Shown here one piece after another: positions 1 through 12,149 of a stretch of 64,000 nt of DNA; within the stretch, counting starts at the first letter, position 1; each line of letters starts with the position of its first letter. Source of the stretch: Eledone cirrhosa (Eukaryota). The stretch covers positions 65,596,001 to 65,660,000 of the forward strand of contig OZ024744.1 of assembly GCA_964016885.1 (NCBI GenBank), written 5' to 3'. A model generated the notes under the pieces. The model did no database searches, was not told the origin of the DNA, and worked only from the letters and a program-made list of their open reading frames with translations. Position numbers and translations under genes: made by a program.

Positions 1-225
1 AACCAAACAGTGTGTTCTGTTATTAATTCTGGCAATATTTCACAAATATGACCCTCCCTAAGTATAACAATATTTGTTTCGACACACGATTTCATATCAA
101 AAACCTCGCAAAACTATATATATATATATATATGTAGGAGGTGAGTTTTATTGTAGTACAATAAAGCAATGCAGATATCGGTTAAGAAGCACTCTACAGT
201 TTGTAGGACTGGAGTATACATAATA

Positions 226-334
226 TATAAGATCAAAAGATGGTTAATGAAAACACAAATGTTATTGCATGATGATATTTGTTTTTGAAATGCGCATAAT
301 AAAATACATGGAACTCATTTAACCATCTTTTGAT

Positions 335-340
<6 letters not shown>
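226..340. repeat. Short inverted-repeat element enclosing a degenerate hammerhead-like motif
   Basis: tataagatcaaaagatggttaatga (226-250) is inverted at 315-340. The interior reads atgatga...GAAA TGCGCA TA ataaaatac on +, a hammerhead core with the first C mutated and a palindromic stem III. Confidence 0.55.
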
Positions 341-374
<34 letters not shown>

Positions 375-704
375 TATATATATGAAAAGATTCAGGACGC
401 CTGCGGCTGAGCTCAGGCCGTTTCGACAGCTAGATCCGGACTATAAATATATATATATGCAACCAGATGAAGCGATGATCAAGATATAGCTTCAAAGTCA
501 CTGCTGCTTTTCTACTTAAAAAAATACAATTTGCCATATCAATGATATGGCATTGAAATTTATTCTCTATTTGTATTAGAACCCGAGTAAAGAGGTAAGA
601 AAATCGATTCATGGATAGGTAACTGATATGTATTTTATTGCACTTCCTCGTCAGAAGGAGAGGTATAGTGTCACTGACAGGGTATGAATTCTGCGTTGTG
701 CCAC

Positions 705-915
705 GTGCTTTCAGCAAGATTGTTACAGCGTCGGACAAAATGCTTTACGGTATTTAGTTACAGCCCTTTACGTTCTGAGTTCAAATACCACCAAGGTCAA
801 CTTTTCCTTTCGTCTTTCTGCGGTCAACAAAATAAAGTACCAGTTAATGGGTTGACTTAATTAACATTAACCTTCCCTCCGAATTTGCTGGCCTTGTGCC
901 TAAATTAGAAATCAA
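705..915 (+). mobile_element. tRNA-derived SINE (Nin/Deu-like core)
   Basis: B-box-like gagttcaaatacc, core ggtcaacttttcctttcgtctttctgcggtcaacaaaataaagtaccag and 3' end gctggccttgtgcctaaattagaaa. It matches more than 20 copies in the window. Confidence 0.8.
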
Positions 916-1131
916 TATGTTGCAATTTGAAAAATGTGTGGGAAAATGTATTCAAGAGAACTTGGGAACTAATGATTTCAAGGGGACAGAGTTGTCGTTC
1001 TTACCTGGTATTAATCAGACTAAATAATTAAAATTGCAATCGTTACCATATTCTCAGTTCCACTGCTGCTACATGTTTATGCATGTGTAAGTATGTATAT
1101 ATATGTGTGTGTGTGTGTATATATATATATT

Positions 1132-1361
1132 TATTTAATGTATAATAAACAATACAATATAATTACCTCATTACCAAAGGTTTCCCGAATTAGACGAATA
1201 CAAGAAACGTCCGCATTCGTTCGTCAGACAAGGCAATCTTATATATATATATAAGATTGCCTTGTCTGACGAAGGAATGCGGACGTTTCTTGTATTCGTC
1301 TTATTCGGGAAACCTTTGGTAATGAGGTAATTATATTGTATTGTTTATTATACATTAAATA
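1132..1361. repeat. ~230 bp DNA palindrome centred on (TA)n, each arm carrying a hammerhead motif
   Basis: Arms 1132-1239 and 1254-1361 are reverse complements with about 2 mismatches. Confidence 0.95.
1255..1332 (+). ncRNA. Type I hammerhead ribozyme motif (mirror copy at 1161-1238, -)
   Basis: Stem I gattgccttgt/atgaggtaatt (11 bp including G-U pairs); CTGACGA at 1266; long stem II; GAAA at 1309; stem III CC-ttt-GG; GUA cleavage triplet at 1319-1321. Confidence 0.8.
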
Positions 1362-1430
1362 TTTAGCACTGTAACTTACATAGAGCACTTTTCATTCCTC
1401 TGACTTTTTCAATTTTCAACAGAAACTTCA

Positions 1431-1594
<164 letters not shown>

Positions 1595-1611
1595 ATATAT
1601 ATATATATGCA

Positions 1612-2765
1612 TGCCTCCAACGCTTCGACGACCTAATATTCGAGAGACTCGAGTGCCTGGTCAATGTTAGACTCTCTCCAGAGTCTCGCGATCAGGCTGC
1701 GTTGCCCAAGCGATTTGGGGGTCTTGGTCTTCGTAAGTGTTCGTCCCCCTCTCTCCCCTGCTTCCTTTCCTCCACCCACGCTTGCTCCACCCTGGTGAGC
1801 AGCATCCTCTCCTCTCCAACATGGACTAGTTCCAACAGGGAGTTGGGTGAAGCTCTCCAGCAATGGAGTGAGTTGGGTTTGTCTCTTCCTGAGAAGGTGG
1901 AGGACAATCGAAGTCAGAGAACTTGGGACAGCATAAGTTCGAAGGCCACCTTCGACTCCCTCTTCGTCCAGTCAGATCAGTTTGCAAGGTGCCGCTTACT
2001 ATCTGCCAGCGCTAAATACTCAGGCAACTGGGTTGATACCCTACTCAGGGCCAAAGTTGTTGGCCTACTCAGCCTGGACGAACTTCGTGTCTCCATCGCC
2101 CTCAGAGTGGGAGCTGACGTCTGCATGGGTTTGAGGTGCCGATGCGGCAAACTCCTCGACTCCACAGTCTTTCTTGCCGCCTGAATGCCGGCAGCTTTGC
2201 GCGTCACACGGAGCTAAATCTCATTCTGAAGAGAGCTTTGGCCCGGGCGAATATCCCCTCAGTCTTTGAACCATCTGGGTTGTCCAGAAGTGACGGCAAA
2301 GGACCTGACGGTCTTACCCTGTGCCCCTTGTCTGGGACGTCACTGTTAGTGACTCTTTTGCTCTTTCCCACATCCTGGATGCTGCGGTTAGGACGAGAGC
2401 CACAGCTTCTGCAGCCGAGTGGAGTAAGATCCTCAAATACTCTGATCTGTCGGCCAGCTACATTTTTCAGCCTGTGGCTTTCGAGACGTTTGGGGGAGTC
2501 GGGCCGCTGACTGTGTGGTTCCTTTCCTCACTGGCGGCTCGCCTAATAGAGGTGACTGGCGAATCTCGCGAGGGTGCTTGGCTGTTTCAGTGCATCAGCC
2601 TCGCCATCACCCTAGACAACGCTGCGAGTGTGCTGGCTTGCCTCAAAAATCATTAGAGAGGTTGCCCAGTACTCGCGACGTTGCTGTCTTTTGGTCTGGT
2701 GTTGGCTCCGTTGTTTACCCCTTCTTTTACATTTTCTTTAATATTGTAACATTAAAATAATATAT
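1612..2765 (+). mobile_element. CRE-clade non-LTR retrotransposon, 3' fragment (RT thumb, CCHC finger, restriction-like endonuclease), frameshifted
   Basis: LPKRFGGLGLR; [48 protein letters not shown]; LVWDVT; [15 protein letters not shown]; SLAI..DNAASVL. These motifs are spread over three frames and end in (TA)n. Confidence 0.85.
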
Positions 2766-2781
2766 CTTTCATTGTATCAAC

Positions 2782-2784
<3 letters not shown>

Positions 2785-2860
<76 letters not shown>
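2785..2860. repeat. (TA)n microsatellite
   Basis: Seen directly in the sequence. Confidence 0.95.
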
Positions 2861-3720
2861 AAAATAACAGATTAAAGTTTAAGCAAAGAATCGCTGCTTT
2901 CACCCGTAACGGGATCTTCTGAAACTATCAAAGTCAATCTGTGAACGCGGAAGTGAATATTTCAAAAAACGTTGCAACCGGAGGAAGACGATACTTTGGT
3001 TCGTGGAAACGTTCCCTATCCAAATAAGTAATGGTATAAACATAACATATACTTAGCTACCACAATCAGACGTAAAATATCCGCGTATAGATCGTATTAT
3101 CCGTTAGGGTATAATGTGGGGCTGTAATACAGGAAAGTTTTGTACAATTTAAGTTTACAAGCCGAAATTGCCTCAGATTTTTTGTTTAAGATGTGGTCTG
3201 TGGCGTAGAGTATTTACAGGGCCTCAGCGGCGCAGAGGTCACATGGTCTTTTATTTCCGTTATACGATCTAGCCCTAGCTAGGATCTCCCAGTGTAACTT
3301 ATATTGGGTGTGGTTGTCTTTTAGACTCCAGATATAAGCTGAAAGTGACGTCATATTCCTTCTTAGAGGGTAACGAAAAGAATGGGTATGCATGTAAAGA
3401 CGCTGCTTGAATCTATTGGCGGTTAACCCTATGTAGGCTCTACGGGACGTGGGTGTTTCAACCTTACATTTGTAGACAATGTTACTAGAGAGGCATTTCC
3501 CGGATAGGGGGCAATCAACCCGATTCCTACAATTACAGTTAGTACTAACTACAGGGTTGCACGTGTTCCTACGGCTAGGTAGTTTAGCTAAATTTGAAGC
3601 TGTGATGTTATGTGCAAGGTTAGGAGTCGTAGAGTAAGAAATTTTAATAGCATTTCTATTTAAAATGTTACTATATGTATGTGTATGGGGAAAATGCTTC
3701 GTAAAAGGGATAGACAAATT
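2860..3720 (-). mobile_element. Penelope-like element, 3' part: GIY-YIG endonuclease (Naiad/Neptune-type Cys pattern), 5'-truncated, with internal stop
   Basis: IKISYSTTPNL; CNCR..CPLSGKCLSSNIVYKCKV..YIGLT..FKQRL..H..SF; TSLSAYIWSLK; WEIL; CDLC..E, then after a TAA stop ILNKKSEAISAC. A degenerate hammerhead core (cagaaga-cccg tta cggg-GAAA) lies at about 2885-2921 (-). Confidence 0.88.
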
Positions 3721-3723
3721 TTG

Positions 3724-3788
3724 TATTTTATCTGATGAAAGCGCACCAAGTTCTGCTTGGTCTCCCTTGAAATATATATAATAAAATG
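3724..3788 (+). ncRNA. Type I hammerhead motif in an inverted pLTR-like segment abutting the Penelope ORF
   Basis: Stem I attttat/ataaaat; CTGATGA at 3732; stem II accaag-ttctg-cttggt; GAAA at 3769; palindromic tatata stem III; AUA site. The element tail resumes at 4030-4125 after a SINE. Confidence 0.8.
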
Positions 3789-3832
3789 AATATGATTTTA
3801 TAAATATAGTTTCCATTTATTATTATCTTTAA

Positions 3833-4030
3833 GAGGGCGGTGGATTGGCAGTATCGGTATAGGGTCGGACGCCATGCTTATGACGCATAGAGTTACGGCC
3901 CTTGCCATTCTGAGTTCAAATCCCGCCGAGGTTAACTTTGCCTTTCATCCCTACGGGGTCGATAAAATAAAGTACCAGTAATGCACTGGGTAATTGCTGG
4001 CCTTGTGCCTAAAGTAGAAACAATTATTTA
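3833..4030 (+). mobile_element. tRNA-derived SINE, full length
   Basis: A-box-like tggcagtatcggta, B-box gagttcaaatccc, core gccgaggttaactttgcctttcatccctacggggtcgataaaataaagtaccag, and a (TTA) tail. Confidence 0.88.
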
Positions 4031-4124
4031 CTTTGAATATTTACTCCAGTATCTTGTTGAGTGCTCTATATCAGTTATAAACATTTATGTTTGTGGGAAT
4101 TCCAACAAATTAAATACAACTCCT

Positions 4125-4166
<42 letters not shown>

Positions 4167-4167
<1 letters not shown>

Positions 4168-4293
4168 GTTTTAATATAGATGAGATTCTACAGGACTAGA
4201 ACTGTTTCATTCTTTAGAAATCATCAGGAATCTGATGATTTCTAAAAGAATGAAACAGTTCTAGTCCTGTAGAATCTCATCTATATTAAAACT
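4167..4293. repeat. ~127 bp palindrome with hammerhead motifs on both strands
   Basis: The arms meet at catcag-gaat-ctgatg. The minus-strand motif at 4184-4232 reads gattc CTGATGA..GAAA CAG..CTG TA gaatc (stems I and III pair perfectly). Confidence 0.9.
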
Positions 4294-4412
4294 TTTATAC
4301 TCTGCTATGTATTGAGTACCTTACTTACTATGGTTACCTCCGATTCAACCCGGAATAACGTACTATATATATAAATTTAAAATTCAGTAACGAAGGATAG
4401 ATATAATTGTTG

Positions 4413-4642
<230 letters not shown>

Positions 4643-4661
4643 GTAATAATAATAGTAATAA

Positions 4662-4756
4662 TAATAATAATTGTTTCTACTTTAGGCACAAGGCCAGCAA
4701 TTACCCAGTACATTACTGGTACTTTATTTTATCGACCCCGTAAGGATGAAAGGCAA
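4662..4756 (-). mobile_element. tRNA-SINE 3' half
   Basis: Reverse complement of the 3' half of 3833-4030. Confidence 0.85.
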
Positions 4757-4759
4757 AAA

Positions 4760-7700
4760 TGCTTTCATTTATTGGCCACAAGGGCCGACATATAGGAGAC
4801 AATACAAAAGACTGGGACAGTGGGGGTTTACATATACACCGCGTAAACAATAATAACAATAACAAAATAACAAGAAAAATACTCCAATAGGGGGGATGAC
4901 CACCCAGGGTTCGCTCAGGTACCCCACCAATCCTGAACGACCCGACGCTTCGAGGGCACCCGGGAAGAGCATCCCTCTCCTCCTCAAATTCACCCACCTA
5001 CAGGCGCATGATCAGAGTAGGCCCACTCACAAGGGGCATTCTCGCCACATTCACCCACCTTTCAGCAAATGTACTGGGGGGGGGGGCAGCAGTTCTCTCT
5101 CCACCCTCAACTTCCTTTCCAAGTGAAACTTGAAAAATTTGATGAGGGATTGGGCGAAGAGAAAAGTGTCTGTCTTCAGTCCTTTCAACCTCGTCCACCA
5201 TATAACCTCTTTCGCTATTGCGAAAGGAAAATTGCCAGGAAAATTGCCTGCCCTTCAGACAGAAAAATTGCCTGCCCTTCCTGGATAAAAGAAGGCGGCG
5301 GGTCGATCTTCACTATGGACTCGGCCGATAATCGGATCCGTTCCTCACGCGACAACAGCTGTTCAACATAACTCCACAAGTAAGTAATGCACGGACACTG
5401 GATGAGTGTGAGCAGAACGGTTTCGTCGCCATGCGCGCATCTCGGGCAGGTCTGACTGACAGTAGAGTTTATCTCGACAGTAGAGTTTATCTCGAACCGG
5501 CAGTGCCCCCCGGTAACACTGCCAAGCGAGGGATTTTTGGAAATTATCCATCGTCCCCGGCACGAAAGTCTTCCGGAACAGACTGGTTAGTTCGACTTCG
5601 TCGACACCCAGAGCTTCTCCGAGTGCGTCGTCACCCTTTCCCACCACTAATCCTCTATAGAACTCAAGAATGGAAGTTCCACTGACCGTATTGCCCGCCT
5701 GGTAGAGGGCAGTAAGTGCCTGGCAGCATTCCAGATGCCAGTCACCCAGTCTTGGTCTTTCCTTGACCCAGGACTGCATCTCAGTCAAAGAGACGAGCTG
5801 CGGAAAGGCCCGTCTGACAAACGGCGACCACACCTGTTCGCCGTTTAGGCAGAATATCTGGAGATGCCGCAGCCTCAGCGCATGTCTGCGCATCATTAGC
5901 CACGGCAGCCCAGCCCTCCACGTAGAGGGTGCTGGCAGCAGATGGACCGCCTCACCAACGGAACCTGACTCCTCCACAAGAATTTGAAGAGGAGCCGCTC
6001 CAAGTTAGCCAGGCGCGAACGGAGGCAAGAGTCAACGGCCAGGCGGTAGTAGATGACGGACGCAATTTACGCGTTCGCCACTTCTGCCCGACCTTCCAGT
6101 GATAGCTTCCTCGCAGCCCATTTCTGGGTGAGAGTGGCTCCCTGCCCGTCACCTCGTCCGAATTCTTATCCAGCTGGAGGTCTGGCCCGAACCAAACCCC
6201 GCGTGACTTTACCGTTCCGTCCGTCCAGCGCCCAATGACGCTGTTGGACGGCATGGACTTGCCTCTCCAGGTGCCGAGTTACAAGCCCACCGACATTTCC
6301 GGGTTAAGTTTTGCTCCCGTCAACCTTTCATATTCCTCCAATAAGTTGCCGACCATCTCGATTTCTGAGGTGTCCGACACCATTGCGGTGATGTCGTCCA
6401 CATAAGCCGACACAGCCTTTCAGCGTCCTGGTTCGAGTGGGATGCCCTGCCACAGCTCCAGCTTCCGCAGTAAAGGCTCGAGAATCAATACGTACAGAAG
6501 GGAGGAGAGAGGACACCCTTGACGGACCGATCGGGAGACCTGAAACGGTTCCGAGAAGTGGCCATTAACTTTGACCACTGAGCAGATGCCGCTATGCATT
6601 ACAGCGATCCAGCTTCTGAAGACGGGACCGAAGCCAGCCGCCTTGAGGATAGCCTCCAGGTACCGATGGTCGACCCTATCGAATGCTTTCGATTGATCTA
6701 AATTGATCAGAGCCCCACCGAAACCAGGTTTACACTGTACTCTCTCTATGATCTATCGCATCAGGTGGAGGTTGTCGTGTATAGACCTGGTTGAGATTGC
6801 GCAAGTTTGCGCCTCCCCGTCGGCCGTCGAGAGTTGCGGCAAGCCATCGAGGTAGGGACTGAAGTCCGCCACCATCTCTGACTCGCCACTTCCCCCGAAC
6901 AACCGAGCAAAATGTTGGCGAAAGGCCTCACACATCCGCTTGGAATCGCTCAGCTCGTGTCCGTCTCGGTCCGTCAAAGACCGAATCATGCTTTTATTAC
7001 TACGCTGCGCCTCTGTTACGCGGGCCCATCGAACAGCTTTGGTTCCCTCGTTTCTCAGAGCACGCGCCTAAGCTCTGACAATGCAACCTTCGTGTTTCGC
7101 ATTGAAGAAATGATTTAATGCCGTTCTCGTCGCTAGCACGTCAGTTGCAATGCCACTACAAATAGCCTCATCTAACTTATCTACCAGCTCCCCCTCCTTT
7201 CTATTTATCTCTAATGCTACTTCTTTGCTAAACCCTATCGACATTACTCTGATCTCTCTTTTGAGAGCCCCCCCCCCCCCCCCATCTATTGTTGACGAAT
7301 CGCACTGTAAACTTTTTCTTAACTAAATTGTTGACCCGGTCCCTGTAAGCCTTACGTGCCGGAAACGACATGTTCAGCTTCCAATAACCAGGTCCTAACT
7401 TACGTGTCTTATCAAGGTTGACCATGCAGATCACAAACTTGTGATCTGAATAGGCGACCGTATGTAATTGTGGACACCCTATACTATCCTTATCTCCTAA
7501 TCTAATGAGAACCCTATCTAAGTACGATCTAGATGTCCCTAAACGATTTGTCCAGGTCCACACTGGCGCATTAGGGAAATCTAGTCGGTACCTGTCAGAC
7601 AGTTGGAATTGGCTGATCAGGTACTTGAGGCTGTTGCACCCCCGCTCCTATCGGATACTCCCACACAGTCTCAGCGTGCGTCTAAGATGCTGTTCCAGTC

Positions 7701-9880
7701 CCCCGCTAACAGTCAAGGGCGAGACGTACCCAGAAATGCTTCCAGGCGTCAAAAGAAATCCGGCCTTCCTGCCCCGGTAGACGGCCACCAGTCTAAAAGC
7801 ACCACCTTCGCTATTGTTCACGTCCAGGACCAACTTACCGTCCGGGTCCCGGAAGATCGACCTTACCTCGAGATCCAGACTTTTCCTAAACAGCACTGCC
7901 ACCCCACCTCTCATTCCCGGCCGACTAACAGATGCGAAGGTCTGATAGTCGTCGAAAATAGGGGCTAGTGCACGCGTGTCGGAAATCCTGGTCTCGCTGA
8001 CGGCAATTACATCCATTTGTAGAGACCTGAGGTCGTTGAGCAGGTGACCCTGCTTCCAGGACGATCCCAGGCCTCGAACATTTAAACATCCTACTCTTAA
8101 TATGGCCATGTTGGCAGGCTAACAGAGAGAGGAAAGGTTTACTTACCTTCCGTGCTCTTGTGAAGGTCGGGTGGTTCGACCTCCATAGTTGGTGGGGTTT
8201 CTTTGGGGAACCTCTTTAAAAGCCTACTTGAGGCTTTTACACCGGGTGTTCCCACGTCGTTGGGAAGCTCTCCCTAATTGTTTTATAATTGCTTAGTGCC
8301 ATTCGCACCAGCAAAAGTGTTTGTGGCACCTTGAAGGTGCAGGTGTTAAACGCCTCCCCCTCTTTATCTATTTTCTTACTTCGTGTTATGAGGTTCAGTA
8401 ATTTTGTGTTCGATTTCCTCACTAACACGAAGTTAGGTGATGTTGTGGTTGTAAGTTGTTGTTGTGTGTGATTTCTTTTAGTTGTTTGTGTTAGTCTTAG
8501 TGTTGTTGGTGGAGATGGTGTTTGTGTTGACGGTTGTGTTTTTGCGGGGAGGGTGTTGTAGTATGTGTGTTTGTGTTTAGTGCGAATGTGTCTTTCTTGT
8601 TTGCTGTTTGTGTTGGTGTGTGAGATTTCTTGTGTTTTCTTTTTTGTTTTGTTTTTTTGGCTTTTGGTGTTCCTCCTCATTTTCGCTCAGTGATGAAGAG
8701 GTCTCTGAGGTGTGTCAAATGTAAGTGGCAGTGCGTGTATGGGTGTGTGTGTGTGTGTTCGAGAGGGAAGGAGCGGGAGAGCTTCTTTGGAGTGGCCCCT
8801 GGGTGGTCTTGGTTGTCTTTGCAGTTGTTGTTGGTTCTGCTGGTGTTGCTGCTGCAGAATTTGTTGTTAGTGTTGTTATTTCACGATGAGGCCCCGGCGT
8901 CAGCAGCAGCAGAGACTTTTGACCCCTTGCATTTTTCAACAGCTGAGAGCAGAAGGCTCGCAAGTGTGTTTTTTTCGCCGCAACCGAAACAGTGAGGCCT
9001 TTTGCCCTCAACCATCACTTGTAGAGCCGGATCACTTGGAGGCGGATCTGCTCCGGGATTTTCTTTATTTCTTCAGGTTTGATCTGGAGAAGCATCTCCA
9101 AATCGACCCCGGACCAGTCCTCTCTTCCTGTCCTTGTTACCCTTGTTGGGACGGCATCTGACCCCTCCACAATCACGCATCCCAAGAGCCAACACATATC
9201 TAGTCCAGGTTGAATCCTGGGAATGCGGATTCTAATTTTCATTTTCCGTGTGGAAGGGGTACATAATAACCTTGCTGGTTTTGCAAGGGGTCGTCGATTG
9301 TTTCAAAGCGAGGGCCTTCGACTTAAACAGCACCGAGATGGTGCCGTATTGTTGACCCCTCACTACGTACTCTGTATCTCCTCTGATGCACCTCAGCGCA
9401 GCCTCGACGTCTGCTTGGGGAGAGTTTGTGGCTCTTTTCGTCTCAGCTGAGATGCATCTGAGGATCAGAGTTCTCTTTCTCCACCGCTTCAATGGCCTCT
9501 GCCGGGACAGTTAAATTGGCCCAGGTTTGCTCCTGTTTGATGAGCTTCCATGCCTGGGCCAACTTTGTTTCCTTGTCTGTCAAGTCCATGTGGAAGCATG
9601 GCCTTTTCTTGGCTACTGCCGCAGCGAAAGTGTTCTTGTTGTTGTCGTTGTTCTTGTTGTTGTTGTTGCTGTTATCACTATTACAATTAGTTATATCTTT
9701 GGTGCTGTCGCTGTTTATGTTTTGTTTACTGGTGTTAATTTCGTTGTTGTTTTCTTTTGTTTCGCCATGTTTTTCTTTTGTTTTGTTTTTAATAAAAACT
9801 TTCTTTTAAACCCTCAAAATTTAAATATTTGGGCCAAAACGCCCAAATATTATGGGGAGTCTTGTTTCCCGTTTGAAACA
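4760..9880 (-). mobile_element. Tx1/L1-clade LINE, near full length, decayed (ORF1 + ORF2)
   Basis: ORF1 from ATG at about 9768 with CCHC knuckle PHCFGCGEKTHLRAFC (about 8950-8997). ORF2 from 8109: APE (LNVRGL, SET, SYLDRV, YSDHK, GPGYWKLN), RT (LDQSKAFDRVDH, VRQGCPLSPLLY, YVDDIT), zf-RVT (LPVRDKL..CPRC..ET..IQC). AATAAA at the 3' end. Confidence 0.9.
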
Positions 9881-9927
9881 AAAATATTAATGACAAACGT
9901 ATTTCAACGACCAATAATAATAATAAT

Positions 9928-10266
9928 AAACGAAAGATATAACTTTATAACATCACTATTTATTTCATCATATATATTTCGAGGATGCAAACATTTATGT
10001 TTAACATAAATCAGAGTATGTCTTCTTCAGACAAAATACATTGAGCTGTATAAATTGTTTGATGACATATTCGCAAGAGTGATCTTAAGAGATCCGCGTG
10101 TCACTGATCTCTAAAGATCACTCTTGCTAGTATAAAACAAGTTATATATCTCATGTATTTTGTCTGAAGAAAGCATGCTCGGATTTATGTTAAACATAAA
10201 TTTTTGCATCCTCGAAATATATATGATGAAATAAATAGTGATGTTATAAAGTTATATCTTTCGTTT
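9928..10266. repeat. ~340 bp palindrome with decayed hammerhead motifs (family of 3724 and 15868)
   Basis: Outer arms are near-perfect reverse complements, with an inner hairpin at 10073-10127. The right arm reads tattttgt CTGAAGA(10164)..GAAA(10214) tatata TG atgaaata, so the cleavage base is G in both arms. Confidence 0.88.
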
Positions 10267-10398
10267 GGCCCTTGCCATTCTTAGTTCAAATCCCGCCGAT
10301 GTTAACTTTGCTTTTCATCCTTACGGGGTCGATAAAATAAAGTACCAGTAATGCACTGGGTAATTGCTGGCCTTGTGCCAAAAGTAGAAGCAATTATT
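10267..10398 (+). mobile_element. tRNA-SINE, 5'-truncated
   Basis: Matches 3897-4028. Confidence 0.85.
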
Positions 10399-10518
10399 AA
10401 TTATTATCTTAATAGTCCATATAAATATTAACTGTCGAGTGCTTCGGATCTGTTATAAACATAACTCAGTTGATTACATATCAACGAAGTCTTTAACTCA
10501 TTGTTTATATATATATAT

Positions 10519-10775
10519 ATTATTGAGTAAAATGATAGGAGACTGGACTGGTGAAATTCCTTCAAAGATTTATTATAGCAAACATTATGCACATTTCAAT
10601 GACCAGGTTCCGTAGGATCCTGGCGACATCATCAGTTGTTTATTGTATAAATAAGCACCTGAAGATGTCACCAAGATCCTACGGAACCTGGTCGTTGAAA
10701 TGTGCATAGTGTTTGCTATAATAAATCTTTGAAGGAATTTCACCAGTCCAGCCCCCTATCATTTTACTCAATAAT
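10519..10775. repeat. ~257 bp palindrome with a hammerhead motif in each arm
   Basis: Right arm: aagcac CTGAAGA(10659) stem II (cca..tgg, tcc-tac-gga) GAAA(10697) tgtgca TA gtgttt. The left arm carries the CTGATGA version on -. Confidence 0.9.
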
Positions 10776-10925
10776 AATTAACTCCGTTCTCGCACCACCA
10801 ACAAGATTCAACATAAACGAAGATGGATGGGTTGCATAACGTCGTGTGCTTTTTCTGTATTACATCACGATTGATAATACGGAATGACCACCAGTTCTAT
10901 CCAATGGTGAACCAACAAACCTAAA

Positions 10926-11038
<113 letters not shown>

Positions 11039-11599
11039 GCACACACTGAGGGGGGGGGGTGCGTTCTTTTGTGTGAAGTAGCGGGTAAACTTCAATTAAA
11101 AATTTTAATTTACTAATAAACCATTCCAACTTTACATTAAACAGGTACTGTTTAATGTAAATATATAATATATATACACACACGCATGAGAGGTCTTTCG
11201 TTTTAAGTAAATTGCATTCGCTGCACGGTACCTGTTTAATGTATAGTCCGAATGAAGAAACTGCCGCAACAATAACATCGATTACACGGGCCATCTCCGA
11301 ATCAAATATTTTCTTTATTCTCTGTTTGTGTTTGCCGTACTTCCTTTTATTGATTAACTAATTATGCAATCCGAACCTGATGATGTGGCCGAGGTCTTGT
11401 GTAACCAGGCCATTGAAATATACATAGCGTTTTTTTTTGTTGTTGTTTTTTTTTTTTGCAACAATAAAACAGTAAAAGGATATCCCCAGTCCGGCCTCCT
11501 GTTATTTTAATCAGATAAATATTTAACTCCATTTCTGCACCAGCCACGGGATTCGACATCATCGATGGATAAGTTGTATAACGTTATATATAACGCTGC

Positions 11600-12050
11600 A
11601 GTGACTTCGTCAAAGAAGGATCAGTATTCGGACTCCTTGTTTGGTGCATAAACTTGCATAACCCACAGAAACCTATCTTTCAGCCTAAACTTCAAGAGGC
11701 TAACCCTCCTTTCTAATGGGATCCAGTCTATAACATATTCTGACAGCCGGGGACTTGTGAATATCCCCACTCCCGCCTGTGCTGTCTTTCTGGCTCCACA
11801 CCTGAATAGTGGAGTTTCCATCCTTCATCCAAATTTACAGTATCAGAGCCACGAAACGTTGTTGAGGAAACCCCGACTATATCTAACCGGTAGCATCTAA
11901 CCCCATCCACTAGTTCTTGTTGTAAGGTTATTTAGCTGTAAGGGTTGTGATATTCCAGATTCCAATTGTCACGGCTTGCTCCCTTCTGAATCCTCTTTGG
12001 GATTTCTTGAAGCAATCATTGTGTGTCCAGCCCACGCCAGTTTTTGCGGC
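11600..12050 (-). mobile_element. RTE (Expander/Rex3-like) LINE endonuclease fragment
   Basis: IGIWNITTL; ELVDGVRCYRLDIVGVSST..GSDTVNLDEGWKLHYSGV; AQAGVGI; QVYAPNKESEY. Confidence 0.8.
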
Positions 12051-12149
12051 ATGAAATGGAGATTGCAATATATTTTTCTAACAGGCCCCTCTACCTAAGA
12101 CTTGAAAGCGTCACTTGTTAACCCGCGCGGTATGCTCTCACCATATTGT

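Noticed and set aside
3214-3216. In-frame stop in the Penelope ORF as a possible selenocysteine codon (reported for some Naiad elements)
   Set aside because: The stop is TAA, not TGA, and is not at a Cys position.
3835-3930. tRNA gene
   Set aside because: A/B boxes are present, but there is no convincing cloverleaf and the sequence continues into a SINE core.
4750-4770. Target specificity of the Tx1-type LINE for the SINE
   Set aside because: The three tail copies abut different positions (two different SINE sites and one microsatellite).
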